The notes below the pieces were generated by a model. That model worked only from the letters and a program-made list of their open reading frames with translations, did not search any database and was not told the origin of the DNA. This document shows, in pieces, positions 24,263 to 32,729 of a stretch of DNA of 53,521 nt. Origin of the DNA: a virus; IMG/VR virus record IMGVR_UViG_3300046058_000043, positions 1 through 53,521 of that record, one strand, 5' to 3'. The position numbers and the translations under genes were made by a program. Each line of letters opens with the position of its first letter. Position 1 is the first letter of the stretch.

Positions 24263-27024
24263 TGCCGGCTCAGTTCACTACCGATCTGCCCGCTGCGAGC
24301 GGCCTCCAGCTGGACGCCAGCGTCGAGGACGAACTCACCGCGACGTGGGACGACGTCCTCAACAACGGCGAGTTCCACCTGGAGTTGCGCGACGACGATC
24401 CCGATGGCAACCACCCAGACTACCAGGACGAGGCGACGGTCGGCGTAGGGACGACCTCGCACCAGATCACCGGGCTCCAGGACGGCGAGCAGTATTCGGT
24501 CCGGCTCCGAACGCAGACGGCCTACAAGACCGGCTCGTGGCTCGAGGCCGAGGACATCACGAAGTTTCCGGCCCCCGACAGTCTCACCGCGTCGACGTCG
24601 GCGACGTCGGTCTCGCTGGACTGGGCAGAGTACGCTGACAATGACTCCGGGAGCAAGATCTTCCGGGCGCGGGTATTCGACGGCAGTGTCGAGAGCTTCG
24701 AGCAGATCGGCACGACCGGGGCCGACGACACGACGGTCACCGACGACGGTGTGCTGCCGCAGCGAGAGTATCGCTATTACGTCCGCGAGCACACGGAGTG
24801 GGTCTACGCCGACACCGAAGAGATCAGCGCGACCGCGGACGCGACGGGCAAGCCGACGTCGCGGATCCCCGCATCGGGCTGGTACGTCGAGATCGACGCG
24901 GCCGACGGCTCCACCCATCGGCCGAGCGTCCTCGACGAAGCGCAGATCGTCCCGAAGGTCAATGGCCTGCCGCGCGTTCGCATCCCAGTCACAAAGTCGA
25001 CGAAGTGGCAGGCCGACGCGTTCGAGAAGGCTGCAGTGCGCGTCTGGCACGACGGCGAGCGCCAGCCGGCCGAGGTCCTTCTGGACGTCGAGCAGCAGCC
25101 CGGTCGGACGGTGCTGGTCGCCCGCGGCGGCGAGCAGCTCCGAGAGCGCGTCGAGGCCGAGTACGACTCGCGCCCCGTCCACGAGGTCGCCGAAGAGCTG
25201 GTCGCCAGCGAAACGTGCTACGCGACCAGCGTCGACACGCCAAGAGCGTCGAGGACCGAGGACGTCGTCCAGGACGTCACGACGGACGCCGACTGGGCAG
25301 GGATCACACAGACGACGGACCTAAGCACGCGTCCGGTCGACGTCGCCAACGGCTTGTCACTGTTGCAGTCGTGTTTCACAGCAGACGGCTACGATGGGGA
25401 CGAGGTTGCTGACGGGACCTTCAGCGAGGACATGGCCTACTCCGGCGACGGGAACACTGACGAGTACGGCGCCGCGCGGTGGCTCGACACCAGTGGCCAG
25501 GTCGCGGAGTGGACGTTCACGACCGGCTACGAGATCCCAGAAAGTCAGGTCGGCATCTGGATCCGTGCCGAGGCCCCTGGCAGTGCCACGCCCGAAACCA
25601 GGGTCTATCTCGACGGCAACCACCTGACAACGATCAACTATTCAGACTCGTTCGGTCGTCTCGGGCTCAGCTGGCGCGACTACGGCGACGACGGCGAGAG
25701 CTTTGTCTCGAACGGCTGGACGTACGGCGACCTCGCGGCGGGCGAGCACACGATCCGCGTCGAGATCACGCAGTCTGCAAGCGACCCGACGGTGATCGAC
25801 CACGTCGCGCTCGCAGACAATCGCTACGACATCACCTTGGACGAGGAGCCGACCTGGGTGTCGTCGACGTCGCGAAACGCGCTCGACGGGCCCGAACACT
25901 ATCCAATCGAGACGATCCGCTTCGACGTCTCCAACACTGTGTTGAGCGTGATCGGTGGCGACCTCACGACGTCGTTCGACAGCGTCGACGGCCAGCAGGC
26001 GGTCGGCATCACCAACGACGGCGACGACGCGCTGGTCACGGCGTCGAACACCGAGACCGTCTCGGCGGACTGGGCGTCGAGGACTGGCGAGATCCAGGCC
26101 GAGGCGACGCTCTCGCGCTGGCCGATCGGCCAGACCCCGCAGGGCCGGACGCCACGGTACGGCTACAACGGCCAGTCGGTGGACTCGCTGACGCTCACAG
26201 CACAACTGGACGATATGCCGCTGGTGCTCGACAGGCAGTTCGACGCGACGGTCGTCGACGTCCTCCGCGAACTGGCCGAGCAGCTGGGCGACAGCGTCTT
26301 CGCGTTCGAGATGGATGACAGCGGCGGCCGTCTCGAGTGGGCCGAGCGCGAGCAGCGGACCACGACCGTCGACGCATCGCTCGCGGACTTCAACGTCACG
26401 ACGACACGGGACCCGATCGAGCGGGCAATCGTCTACGGGAGCAACCAGTCCGTCCGCCGCGAGCAGATCACCGCCGAGCATGGGACGGCGGTCTCACTCC
26501 AGCACGAACGACTCCTGAAGGGATCGGTCGACGTCTATGACCCGGACACCCAGGAGACGTTCGACCGCGGAGCAGACTACGAGATCTCCCACCGCGACGG
26601 CACGATCACGGCGCTGGCCGGCGGCGACCTCGTCGACGGGGCGGCCTACCGCGTCGACTATGAGCACCAGACTCGGGGCGAGTTCGTCGCCGACGGCGTC
26701 GATCCCGCCGACGCGAACACGGAGGTCCGGGACATCACGGGGCTGACGACCGACCGGGCGTGCGGGCAGGCGGCGCTGCGGATCGTCGAGACGGGGCTGG
26801 AGCCGCATCACGAGGTCGAGGCGACGTGGCCGAGCGACGTTGATCTCCCGCCGGTCACGGACGCGCTGGTCGTCGACGGGCTACCGATCGACACGGCGGT
26901 CCAGACTCAGCAGATCGACGCTGGGCCGGCGGAGATCGTCACGACTGGTGGGTCTCGGCGGCCGGTCGAGGACGTCATCCGCGAGATCGACGAGCGGTTC
27001 TCGTCGATCTCGCGGCGGGTGTGA
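24262..27024 (+). CDS. Large tail fibre/spike protein with N-terminal FN3-like modules
   Basis: 920 aa; LQLDASVEDELTATWDD and LTASTSATSVSLDWAEY FN3-like units; last gene of the plus-strand structural block. Confidence 0.65.
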   Translation: MPAQFTTDLPAASGLQLDASVEDELTATWDDVLNNGEFHLELRDDDPDGNHPDYQDEATVGVGTTSHQITGLQDGEQYSVRLRTQTAYKTGSWLEAEDITKFPAPDSLTASTSATSVSLDWAEYADNDSGSKIFRARVFDGSVESFEQIGTTGADDTTVTDDGVLPQREYRYYVREHTEWVYADTEEISATADATGKPTSRIPASGWYVEIDAADGSTHRPSVLDEAQIVPKVNGLPRVRIPVTKSTKWQADAFEKAAVRVWHDGERQPAEVLLDVEQQPGRTVLVARGGEQLRERVEAEYDSRPVHEVAEELVASETCYATSVDTPRASRTEDVVQDVTTDADWAGITQTTDLSTRPVDVANGLSLLQSCFTADGYDGDEVADGTFSEDMAYSGDGNTDEYGAARWLDTSGQVAEWTFTTGYEIPESQVGIWIRAEAPGSATPETRVYLDGNHLTTINYSDSFGRLGLSWRDYGDDGESFVSNGWTYGDLAAGEHTIRVEITQSASDPTVIDHVALADNRYDITLDEEPTWVSSTSRNALDGPEHYPIETIRFDVSNTVLSVIGGDLTTSFDSVDGQQAVGITNDGDDALVTASNTETVSADWASRTGEIQAEATLSRWPIGQTPQGRTPRYGYNGQSVDSLTLTAQLDDMPLVLDRQFDATVVDVLRELAEQLGDSVFAFEMDDSGGRLEWAEREQRTTTVDASLADFNVTTTRDPIERAIVYGSNQSVRREQITAEHGTAVSLQHERLLKGSVDVYDPDTQETFDRGADYEISHRDGTITALAGGDLVDGAAYRVDYEHQTRGEFVADGVDPADANTEVRDITGLTTDRACGQAALRIVETGLEPHHEVEATWPSDVDLPPVTDALVVDGLPIDTAVQTQQIDAGPAEIVTTGGSRRPVEDVIREIDERFSSISRRV

Positions 27025-27030
27025 TCTCAG

Positions 27031-27768
27031 CTACTGCTGTACAGTGATTCGGCGCTTGTAATCCGCAACCCGATCACCGTTCTGATGTGCGCTGACTTCC
27101 CACTCTGCAGCGTTGCCTGCCGATAGCCGGCTAACACCGTCCTTTCGCCAGTAGACGAGCTCGTCCCCGTCGTAGAAGTTGATGTGGATGTACACTCGAG
27201 ACAGTTCGTCGTCAGTCTCATTCTCGAGAGTCCCAGAGACGACAGGTGGTTCCTGGCCCTGATCAAACTGTTCTGCGGTGATCGTTACCTCTCCGTCATT
27301 CTGGGGCGTTAGAGACTCGAGACGCACGGTCGTATCGACGGCAACGCGCGTGATTCGGTCTGGATCGTCGACAGCTGCTGGAATGTGGACCTGTGCAAAT
27401 TCGCCTGGACCGAGATACCGAGGCATCGTCCAGCGGCTTCCAAGCTGAACGTCTCCGTCGTAGAAATCAACTGCGACTCTAGCACTTGCGATCTCTTCCC
27501 CACGCGTATTTTCAACGACTCCGACAGCTGCAGGGGACTCCGTCCTCGGGTCATATCCCCACTGGAACTCGCGAAATTCTACACCTCTATCCGAGAACGC
27601 GTCAAGTACGTCCCCTCGGTTGAAGAACAACGGCTGGTCGTCGTTCTCTTTCTGGTTGGGATCACTGGCGTCTGAACTGGTCGGTTCGCTCGTAGAGCTG
27701 AGGCAACCGGCGAAGGCGGCACTGCCGGTGATCCCGAGGAACTCTCGACGCCCGAGTTGATCAGCCAT
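27031..27768 (-). CDS. Tat-signal lipoprotein with two FxLYD-type domains (paralog A)
   Basis: MADQLGRREFLGITGSAAFAGC (twin-Arg + lipobox Cys); VAVDFYDGDVQLG and IHINFYDGDELVY. Start trimmed from the 27975 ORF. Confidence 0.75.
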   Translation of the reverse strand: MADQLGRREFLGITGSAAFAGCLSSTSEPTSSDASDPNQKENDDQPLFFNRGDVLDAFSDRGVEFREFQWGYDPRTESPAAVGVVENTRGEEIASARVAVDFYDGDVQLGSRWTMPRYLGPGEFAQVHIPAAVDDPDRITRVAVDTTVRLESLTPQNDGEVTITAEQFDQGQEPPVVSGTLENETDDELSRVYIHINFYDGDELVYWRKDGVSRLSAGNAAEWEVSAHQNGDRVADYKRRITVQQ

Positions 27769-27823
27769 GCCCGTAACTAATCGTAACGATATGATAAGTG
27801 ATAGGCCGATTCTCCTCACGCCG

Positions 27824-28564
27824 TCATTGAGCGTGGAGGATAATCTCGTGATCGGCCGCTTGCCCCTCAACGTCTGGCGGTGTTCGGATGAGCGAGCTGG
27901 CTTCGAAGCGCCACCGAGCATTCGCTGACAGACTGTCGCGGCTATCGAATGTGGTGCCCCGCAGTCTCCCGGCATCGTCGTATACCTGAGCGATCACGTA
28001 CAACGTCCCCTCAACACCAGTTTCGCCAGTACTGATTTCTCCGGTTACGGTTACACCAGACTCTGGTTCGGCTACCATCTCGCTCTTGACGACGTCGGCG
28101 GTCGCTGGCGGGTTAGTAATCGCGCGTCGGTCCGCCTCAAGGATGTCTGCCTCGATGTTCTGAACGATGTCGCGGCCTTCGTCCAAGTCCCGTCCTTTTG
28201 TGAATCGCTGGTAGTGGCGCCAGGTCGTCTCCCCCGGAAGTAGCTCGACGCTGCCCCGGCGCGTATCCATCAGCTCGTCGGCGTCGTCGTAGAAGCGCAG
28301 CTGGAGATCCAGCCGACCGTGATCGACCTCAGTTGTGTTCTCGACGTCGACATACGCCCAAGGGACTTGGCCACTCTCCGAAGCGGTGACCGACGCGCCG
28401 TCGATCAGGGTGGTGCTGGTGATCTCGACAGAAGCCCTGGGTGTGGTCTCCGGTTCGTCGTTGCTGCTCTCGTCTCGGGTATTGTCCGTTGTTCCATAGC
28501 AGCCAGTGAGGGCCGTGATGCTGGCGGCACCGATGAACGTCCGCCGCGAGAGTTGTTCGGTCAT
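27824..28564 (-). CDS. Tat-signal lipoprotein with two FxLYD-type domains (paralog B)
   Basis: MTEQLSRRTFIGAASITALTGC; LQLRFYDDADELM and VIAQVYDDAGRLR. Confidence 0.75.
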   Translation of the reverse strand: MTEQLSRRTFIGAASITALTGCYGTTDNTRDESSNDEPETTPRASVEITSTTLIDGASVTASESGQVPWAYVDVENTTEVDHGRLDLQLRFYDDADELMDTRRGSVELLPGETTWRHYQRFTKGRDLDEGRDIVQNIEADILEADRRAITNPPATADVVKSEMVAEPESGVTVTGEISTGETGVEGTLYVIAQVYDDAGRLRGTTFDSRDSLSANARWRFEASSLIRTPPDVEGQAADHEIILHAQ

Positions 28565-28607
28565 GCTTGCAACTAACAGGTTATATTTTGAAAAGCAATT
28601 CTACTCT

Positions 28608-28632
28608 AAAACCCGGTGTCGCACCGGGGTTT
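28608..28632 (-). terminator. Hairpin plus T-run between 28642 gene and 28564 gene
   Basis: Minus strand reads aaaccccggtg-cga-caccgggtttt, then a TATA-like aaatata about 25 nt before ATG 28564. Confidence 0.5.
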
Positions 28633-28641
28633 AACTGACGG

Positions 28642-29094
28642 TCAGGAAACTAACTCCACGACGTCTGAGGGGGTCGTGACGGAGATCTGCCCATCGAGAT
28701 CGCCGACGAACGCCTCTGCATCATCAGCTGCTGACGACGGGACGACTAGGACTCGTTTGTAGCCCTGGAGTCGGAACTCTTCGAGTTGTTCCTCTGCGTC
28801 GCTGTCCAGACTGTCGCTGGTCTCGACCTCCACGATGAGATTCGGCGACCCGGGAGGGCTCTGAACGACGTGATCTGGGATCGAGTTGATCCCGAGATCA
28901 AGCCCTCGAGTGTTCCCCGCAGCGCTGTCTGAGTAGTGGTGGTGGTCGACGTAGACGCTCGTCGATTCTCCAGCCGACTGCTGGAGCTGCTTGTGCGTCT
29001 TCTTTACGAGGCCGTCGTGTCCCTTCGGGCCTGAGAGAACTTTCCAACCGATCGCTGCAACCGCTGCTGCGCCTGCAATTGCTGGCAGTGCCAT
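28642..29094 (-). CDS. Membrane-anchored protein with PD-(D/E)xK/VRR-NUC-like core lacking the Lys
   Basis: N-terminal MALPAIAGAAAVAAIGWKVL helix; ...NSIPDHVV-x12-LIVEVETSD...EEQLEEFRLQGYKRVLVVP. Confidence 0.45.
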   Translation of the reverse strand: MALPAIAGAAAVAAIGWKVLSGPKGHDGLVKKTHKQLQQSAGESTSVYVDHHHYSDSAAGNTRGLDLGINSIPDHVVQSPPGSPNLIVEVETSDSLDSDAEEQLEEFRLQGYKRVLVVPSSAADDAEAFVGDLDGQISVTTPSDVVELVS

Positions 29095-29195
29095 ATTTGA
29101 TCACGTCTCCTGTTATGTTTCGTGGGAGACATTCGAACAAGTTGTTACAGGAACATAAATTTCTAGCATGGGTATGGCAAGTATCTTGGTCGCAA

Positions 29196-29603
29196 CTATG
29201 CGACCAGAGAGCTGTTGTTCTCGCCGCTCTCGCGAACAGGAATGTCGACTTCCAGATCATCGTAGGGGACAACCGGGCGCTTCGCCCGTCCGTCCGTCTC
29301 GATCTCGACGACGCCGATCTCGGCGAGGAAGTTCAGATCCTCACTGACGTTCTTGATGTCGCGCTCGACGAGCCGGGCGGTCTCGCGCATACTGTCTGGT
29401 TCGTACTCGGCCACCGTTTGGAGCAGTTCGAGGTTCGTCTTGCTCAGGACGCGGCTCAGCGTTGCGAGGTCGGGGACGCTCAGGACGTCGACGTCGACGT
29501 CGGCACCGTCGTCGATCGCTGAGGCGTCCTCCTTGACCTGCTCGAAGAACTCGTCGGTCGTCTCGATCTGGATGTGGAGAGTGTCGCTCATGTGGTGTGG
29601 CAC
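29196..29603 (-). CDS. HVO_A0114-family-like HTH protein (TumA-like antitoxin candidate)
   Basis: LSRVLSKTNLELLQTVAEYEPDSMRETARLVERDIKNVSEDLNFLAEIGVVEIETDGRAKRPVVPYDDLEVDIPV matches my memory of that family. Confidence 0.65.
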   Translation of the reverse strand: MPHHMSDTLHIQIETTDEFFEQVKEDASAIDDGADVDVDVLSVPDLATLSRVLSKTNLELLQTVAEYEPDSMRETARLVERDIKNVSEDLNFLAEIGVVEIETDGRAKRPVVPYDDLEVDIPVRESGENNSSLVA

Positions 29604-29624
29604 CTCGGTTTGGTTGGCACCCGC

Positions 29625-29912
29625 TTACAGCCGATCGTCGATATCTGCCTCGAAGCGCTCGACGAGTGCTTCGACGCCGGGAAACTCGATGTGTTCGACC
29701 GTGTCGCCCTCGTGCCGTTCGTGGACGCCGTGGGAGTTGTCGTAGCGAACGAGCGTCTCGCCGTCGATCGTCCCGAAGTGAAGCCGGTACTTGACGCCCT
29801 CGGGGAATTTCTCCGATTCGGGAACGCGCATGATTTTCACGCGGATCACGTAGTCGCCGTCGACGCGGCGATAGTTGGCTTCGACGTCGACTTCATCGTC
29901 GGTGGGTGCCAT
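29625..29912 (-). CDS. TumE-like (DUF6516-like) toxin candidate
   Basis: VIRVKIMRVPESEKFPEGVKYRLHFGTIDGETLVRYDNSHGVHERHEGD...FPGVEALVERF. Confidence 0.6.
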   Translation of the reverse strand: MAPTDDEVDVEANYRRVDGDYVIRVKIMRVPESEKFPEGVKYRLHFGTIDGETLVRYDNSHGVHERHEGDTVEHIEFPGVEALVERFEADIDDRL

Positions 29913-30085
29913 CCCTGTTTGTTGGTAGAGACGCCATCATAATAAGGGTGTTGGTGTTGTTACCATCAACTGAATTCCTCGTACGCGCACGTTTCTTGAA
30001 GAATAGAAAGAACTCCCCCGGGGTGACGGAATCGTGTGGTAGAGCGGGGAAAGCCTTACAATATCGGCGGGTTACGGGTTTCTAT

Positions 30086-30412
30086 ATGGAATATCAGAAG
30101 CAGGAGAATATCGCGGATGTGCTGTTCGCAGTTTCCGTCGCACTTGGCGTGATGGCTGTTCTTGGTGTGCCTGCCCTCGAGGCGATTCGTACCGTTGTCT
30201 GGGCGGTGGTCGCGGCGATCGAGCCGACGCTGGCGGATGCGCTTGCAGCAGTCCTCGCGATCCACGTTCCGGAGCTGGTCCCTCGCGGCGTCGACGCGAT
30301 CGTGACCGTTGCGCCGGTCCTCGGGGAGAGGGGCGGTGCGCCGGTTGGAATCGTTGGGGCAGCTGGAGTCAGCCTCCTGTACTGGCGCCGGCGTTCGGGC
30401 CCATCTGAGTAG
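30086..30412 (+). CDS. Multi-pass membrane protein
   Basis: ATG 30086 in ORF 29906..30412; three hydrophobic segments. Confidence 0.5.
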   Translation: MEYQKQENIADVLFAVSVALGVMAVLGVPALEAIRTVVWAVVAAIEPTLADALAAVLAIHVPELVPRGVDAIVTVAPVLGERGGAPVGIVGAAGVSLLYWRRRSGPSE

Positions 30413-30548
30413 ATAACAGATTTAATCCCGCAATCTGACACTATTTCGGCGTAGAACGCGTCTCGACGCCGATGAGTGGCGTCTGGACGGTTGCTCGGGC
30501 GGCGTTTCCCCCGGGTTCGAGCCGCCCAAATCGGTGTTCAACCCCGTC

Positions 30549-30563
30549 GTTTCCGCTGGAAAC
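30549..30563. repeat. Dyad GTTTCC-gct-GGAAAC (origin-recognition-box-like half sites, tentative)
   Basis: Perfect 6+3+6 palindrome in a gene-free stretch; a 7-bp-stem hairpin gggcggc/gccgccc lies at 30497-30527. Confidence 0.3.
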
Positions 30564-30611
30564 TGACAGCAGAGCGGTAGATAAACCGAATATCGCTTGG
30601 TGAACTTCGCC

Positions 30612-30974
30612 ATGAGTCCCAACTCCGAGCAGCGCGAGCGTATCAAATCTCGACGGGAGGCGCGTAAACGGTACTGGTCGGCCCACGACCGAGACAGCTA
30701 CCAGTGTCCCGGCTGCGGCGCAGGTGACGTCCTGATCGAGGTGCATCATCGAAATGGCGACCCGTTCGACAACCGTCTAAAGAACCTCGTCGGCCTCTGT
30801 CACGAGTGCCACGTCCGCCGGCATCGGCGCCGGAACATCGACGATCGTCTCGCAGCGATGCGCGATGCCGTCGACGAGCTGGGCGCTGGTAGGAATGCGG
30901 CAAGCCAGACTGAGCAGAATGTTGTTCTAACTCTAAAAAGTGAAAATGCGGTTCGTACGGCTACAGCACGATAG
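30612..30974 (+). CDS. HNH endonuclease (third copy)
   Basis: YQCPGCG...IEVHHRNGDPFDNRLKNLVGLCHECHVRRH. Confidence 0.8.
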   Translation: MSPNSEQRERIKSRREARKRYWSAHDRDSYQCPGCGAGDVLIEVHHRNGDPFDNRLKNLVGLCHECHVRRHRRRNIDDRLAAMRDAVDELGAGRNAASQTEQNVVLTLKSENAVRTATAR

Positions 30975-31121
30975 CCAGTCCCGCTAAAACACCGAGGGAT
31001 CTGACGGCCAGTTCGGTTGCGGTGTCGATGTCCATGTCATGTTCACCTCTTAATTGCAGATAGATTGTTAGTTCTTATATTATTTTCCCAGGACGGCACC
31101 AATTCACGCCATCCCTGTTGA

Positions 31122-31541
31122 CTATCCCCAGTCGTAGCCCCACTCGCGCAGTTGGTCGCCGACCTCGTCGAGATGTGCAAACCCGACGAGCAGCGCAGCC
31201 TCGCGCAGGTCGGCTTTCTTCACCGACTCGCCGAGCGCGCTCTCGACGTCCGCACGTGCTTCGCGCTGCTGCTCCAGCGTCGAATCCTGGAGGTGCAGCT
31301 GTACGGTCTTCGCTCGCCCGTCCGTAATGCTATCTCGGTCGTAGATCCAGGGTAGCCCAGTGGCCGCCGGCGTCTCGCTCTCCTCGTCACCGTCCCGCTG
31401 CTCGGTCGCGTCGAGATCGGACTCACGCCCCGTCCTGATCGACGAGGACGTCGACTCCGCCTCGGTCTCGTCCGGGTCACCACCGCCGTCGCCCCCACCG
31501 AGCGGATCGTCGCTGCTGGCACCGCTCTTGAACCCGGTCAT
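31122..31541 (-). CDS. ParA-partner protein (centromere-binding candidate)
   Basis: 139-aa acidic protein, ATGA-coupled downstream of parA. Confidence 0.5.
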   Translation of the reverse strand: MTGFKSGASSDDPLGGGDGGGDPDETEAESTSSSIRTGRESDLDATEQRDGDEESETPAATGLPWIYDRDSITDGRAKTVQLHLQDSTLEQQREARADVESALGESVKKADLREAALLVGFAHLDEVGDQLREWGYDWG

Positions 31542-32407
31542 GCTTCCACCTCGAGCGCACCGGGCTCCGGCGGGTTCGGCGCTTCGATCCTGACTTGCTC
31601 CTCGAGATAGCGGGCGAGTCGATCGAACTGGGCGAGCGTTTCGACCTCGTAGTCACGACGCCGGCTACGGTGTTCCTGGACGTAACGGAACGCCGAGCAC
31701 TGCTGCTTCCAGCAGCCCTCCATCAGTGCCGTCCGATCGCCGATCACCTCGGGCGTTGGGAACGCGATCTCCTCGATCATCTCCTGCTGGTCGGACGTGT
31801 TCTTCACGCCGTTCGGGACCGCACCCAGCACGCCGACGTCGATGTTCAGCTGGTCGGCGAAGTTCGTCGCGAGTTCCTCGAGGCCATGGACTGCTGCCTC
31901 GCCCTTCGCCGACGGTTCGACGGGGAGGACGAGGTTCCGCGTCGCGTAGATCGCGTTGTACAGGTGGTCGGACTCGGTCGCCGGCGGGTCACAGATCAGG
32001 ACGTCGTACTCATCGGCGACGCCCGCCTCCTGGAGGACGCGCTGGAGCTGCGCGTAGATGTTGTACGCATCGCCGAGATCCTCGGCTTTGCTCTGTTCGC
32101 GTGCGAGGTGGGTCGACAGGTCCGACAGCATGTTGTGTTCCGGGACGATGTCGACGCCCTCTGCAGAGCGGAGCAGGTCCTCAAACGGACCGCGCGGGCT
32201 CTGGACCATGTGCCGGACGAGGTTGTCCGCGTCGCCGTCGGCCCGATCGTCGTCGACGCCGAGCAGTCGACTGAGGTCGCCGTCCTGCGGGTCGAGCGGG
32301 ACGACCAGGACGTCGAGCCCGGCGCGAGCGTGCGCGATGCCGAGGTTCGCTGTCAGCGACGTCTTCCCGACCCCGCCGGCTTCGGAGTAGACCGTGTACG
32401 AGAGCAT
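31538..32407 (-). CDS. parA: ParA/Soj-type partition ATPase
   Basis: YSEAGGVGKTSLTANLG deviant Walker A, VLVVPLDPQ, LICDPP. Confidence 0.9.
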   Translation of the reverse strand: MLSYTVYSEAGGVGKTSLTANLGIAHARAGLDVLVVPLDPQDGDLSRLLGVDDDRADGDADNLVRHMVQSPRGPFEDLLRSAEGVDIVPEHNMLSDLSTHLAREQSKAEDLGDAYNIYAQLQRVLQEAGVADEYDVLICDPPATESDHLYNAIYATRNLVLPVEPSAKGEAAVHGLEELATNFADQLNIDVGVLGAVPNGVKNTSDQQEMIEEIAFPTPEVIGDRTALMEGCWKQQCSAFRYVQEHRSRRRDYEVETLAQFDRLARYLEEQVRIEAPNPPEPGALEVEA

Positions 32408-32468
32408 ACCCGACTCCGATGGATTACTCCGTTATCAAAGTACGTCAGACAAGACAGCTACGACAGAC

Positions 32469-32511
32469 ATCTAAGACAGTTATCTAAGACTCTTAGATTG
32501 GTGTCTTAGAT
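32469..32511. promoter_or_regulatory. Four iterated 9-mers ATCTAAGAC (2 direct, 2 inverted) upstream of parA: parS/operator candidate
   Basis: atctaagac 32469-32477 and 32482-32490; inverted tcttagat 32491-32498 (8/9) and gtcttagat 32503-32511. Confidence 0.6.
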
Positions 32512-32555
32512 ATGTCTCCGTCATCAATTAGGAGATCCACTGCTATTCGAATGGT

Positions 32556-32729
32556 ATGCCAGCTCCGTGGGAAACCAAAGGCGGGGACTGCCTTCAGTGT
32601 GGAACAGAATTCAATTGGTATACCGCAGACGACTCAGGCGGGTGGGAGAAGCACCTGTGCTCAGACTGCGGCTGGGATCCAGAGAACCATAGCAAACCAA
32701 CCGGGGAAGCTTGGGGTAGCGACTCATAG
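32556..32729 (+). CDS. Mini zinc-ribbon protein (57 aa, below cutoff)
   Basis: MPAPWETKGGDCLQCGTEFNWYTADDSGGWEKHLCSDCGWDPENHSKPTGEAWGSDS; preferred over the non-acidic overlapping ORF 32512..32733. Confidence 0.55.
   Translation: MPAPWETKGGDCLQCGTEFNWYTADDSGGWEKHLCSDCGWDPENHSKPTGEAWGSDS

Noticed and set aside
27031-27975. 314-aa version of lipoprotein A, and extended starts of 38699..40048, 42663..43463, 44340..45356, 46603..47016 and 50088..52829.
   Set aside because: The upstream extensions are basic and overlap preceding genes. Internal starts coincide with signal peptides, SD motifs or stop/start overlaps.
30441-30749. Minus-strand ORFs 30441..30749 and 30422..30646 in the gap before the third HNH gene.
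   Set aside because: They overlap the HNH start and the structured non-coding region, and their composition is not acidic. I treat the area as non-coding plus HNH.
30969-31035. Possible 24-aa minus-strand peptide (MDIDTATELAVRSLGVLAGLAIVL) downstream of an atatataa box.
   Set aside because: It is too short, it overlaps the HNH 3' end, and there is no further support.
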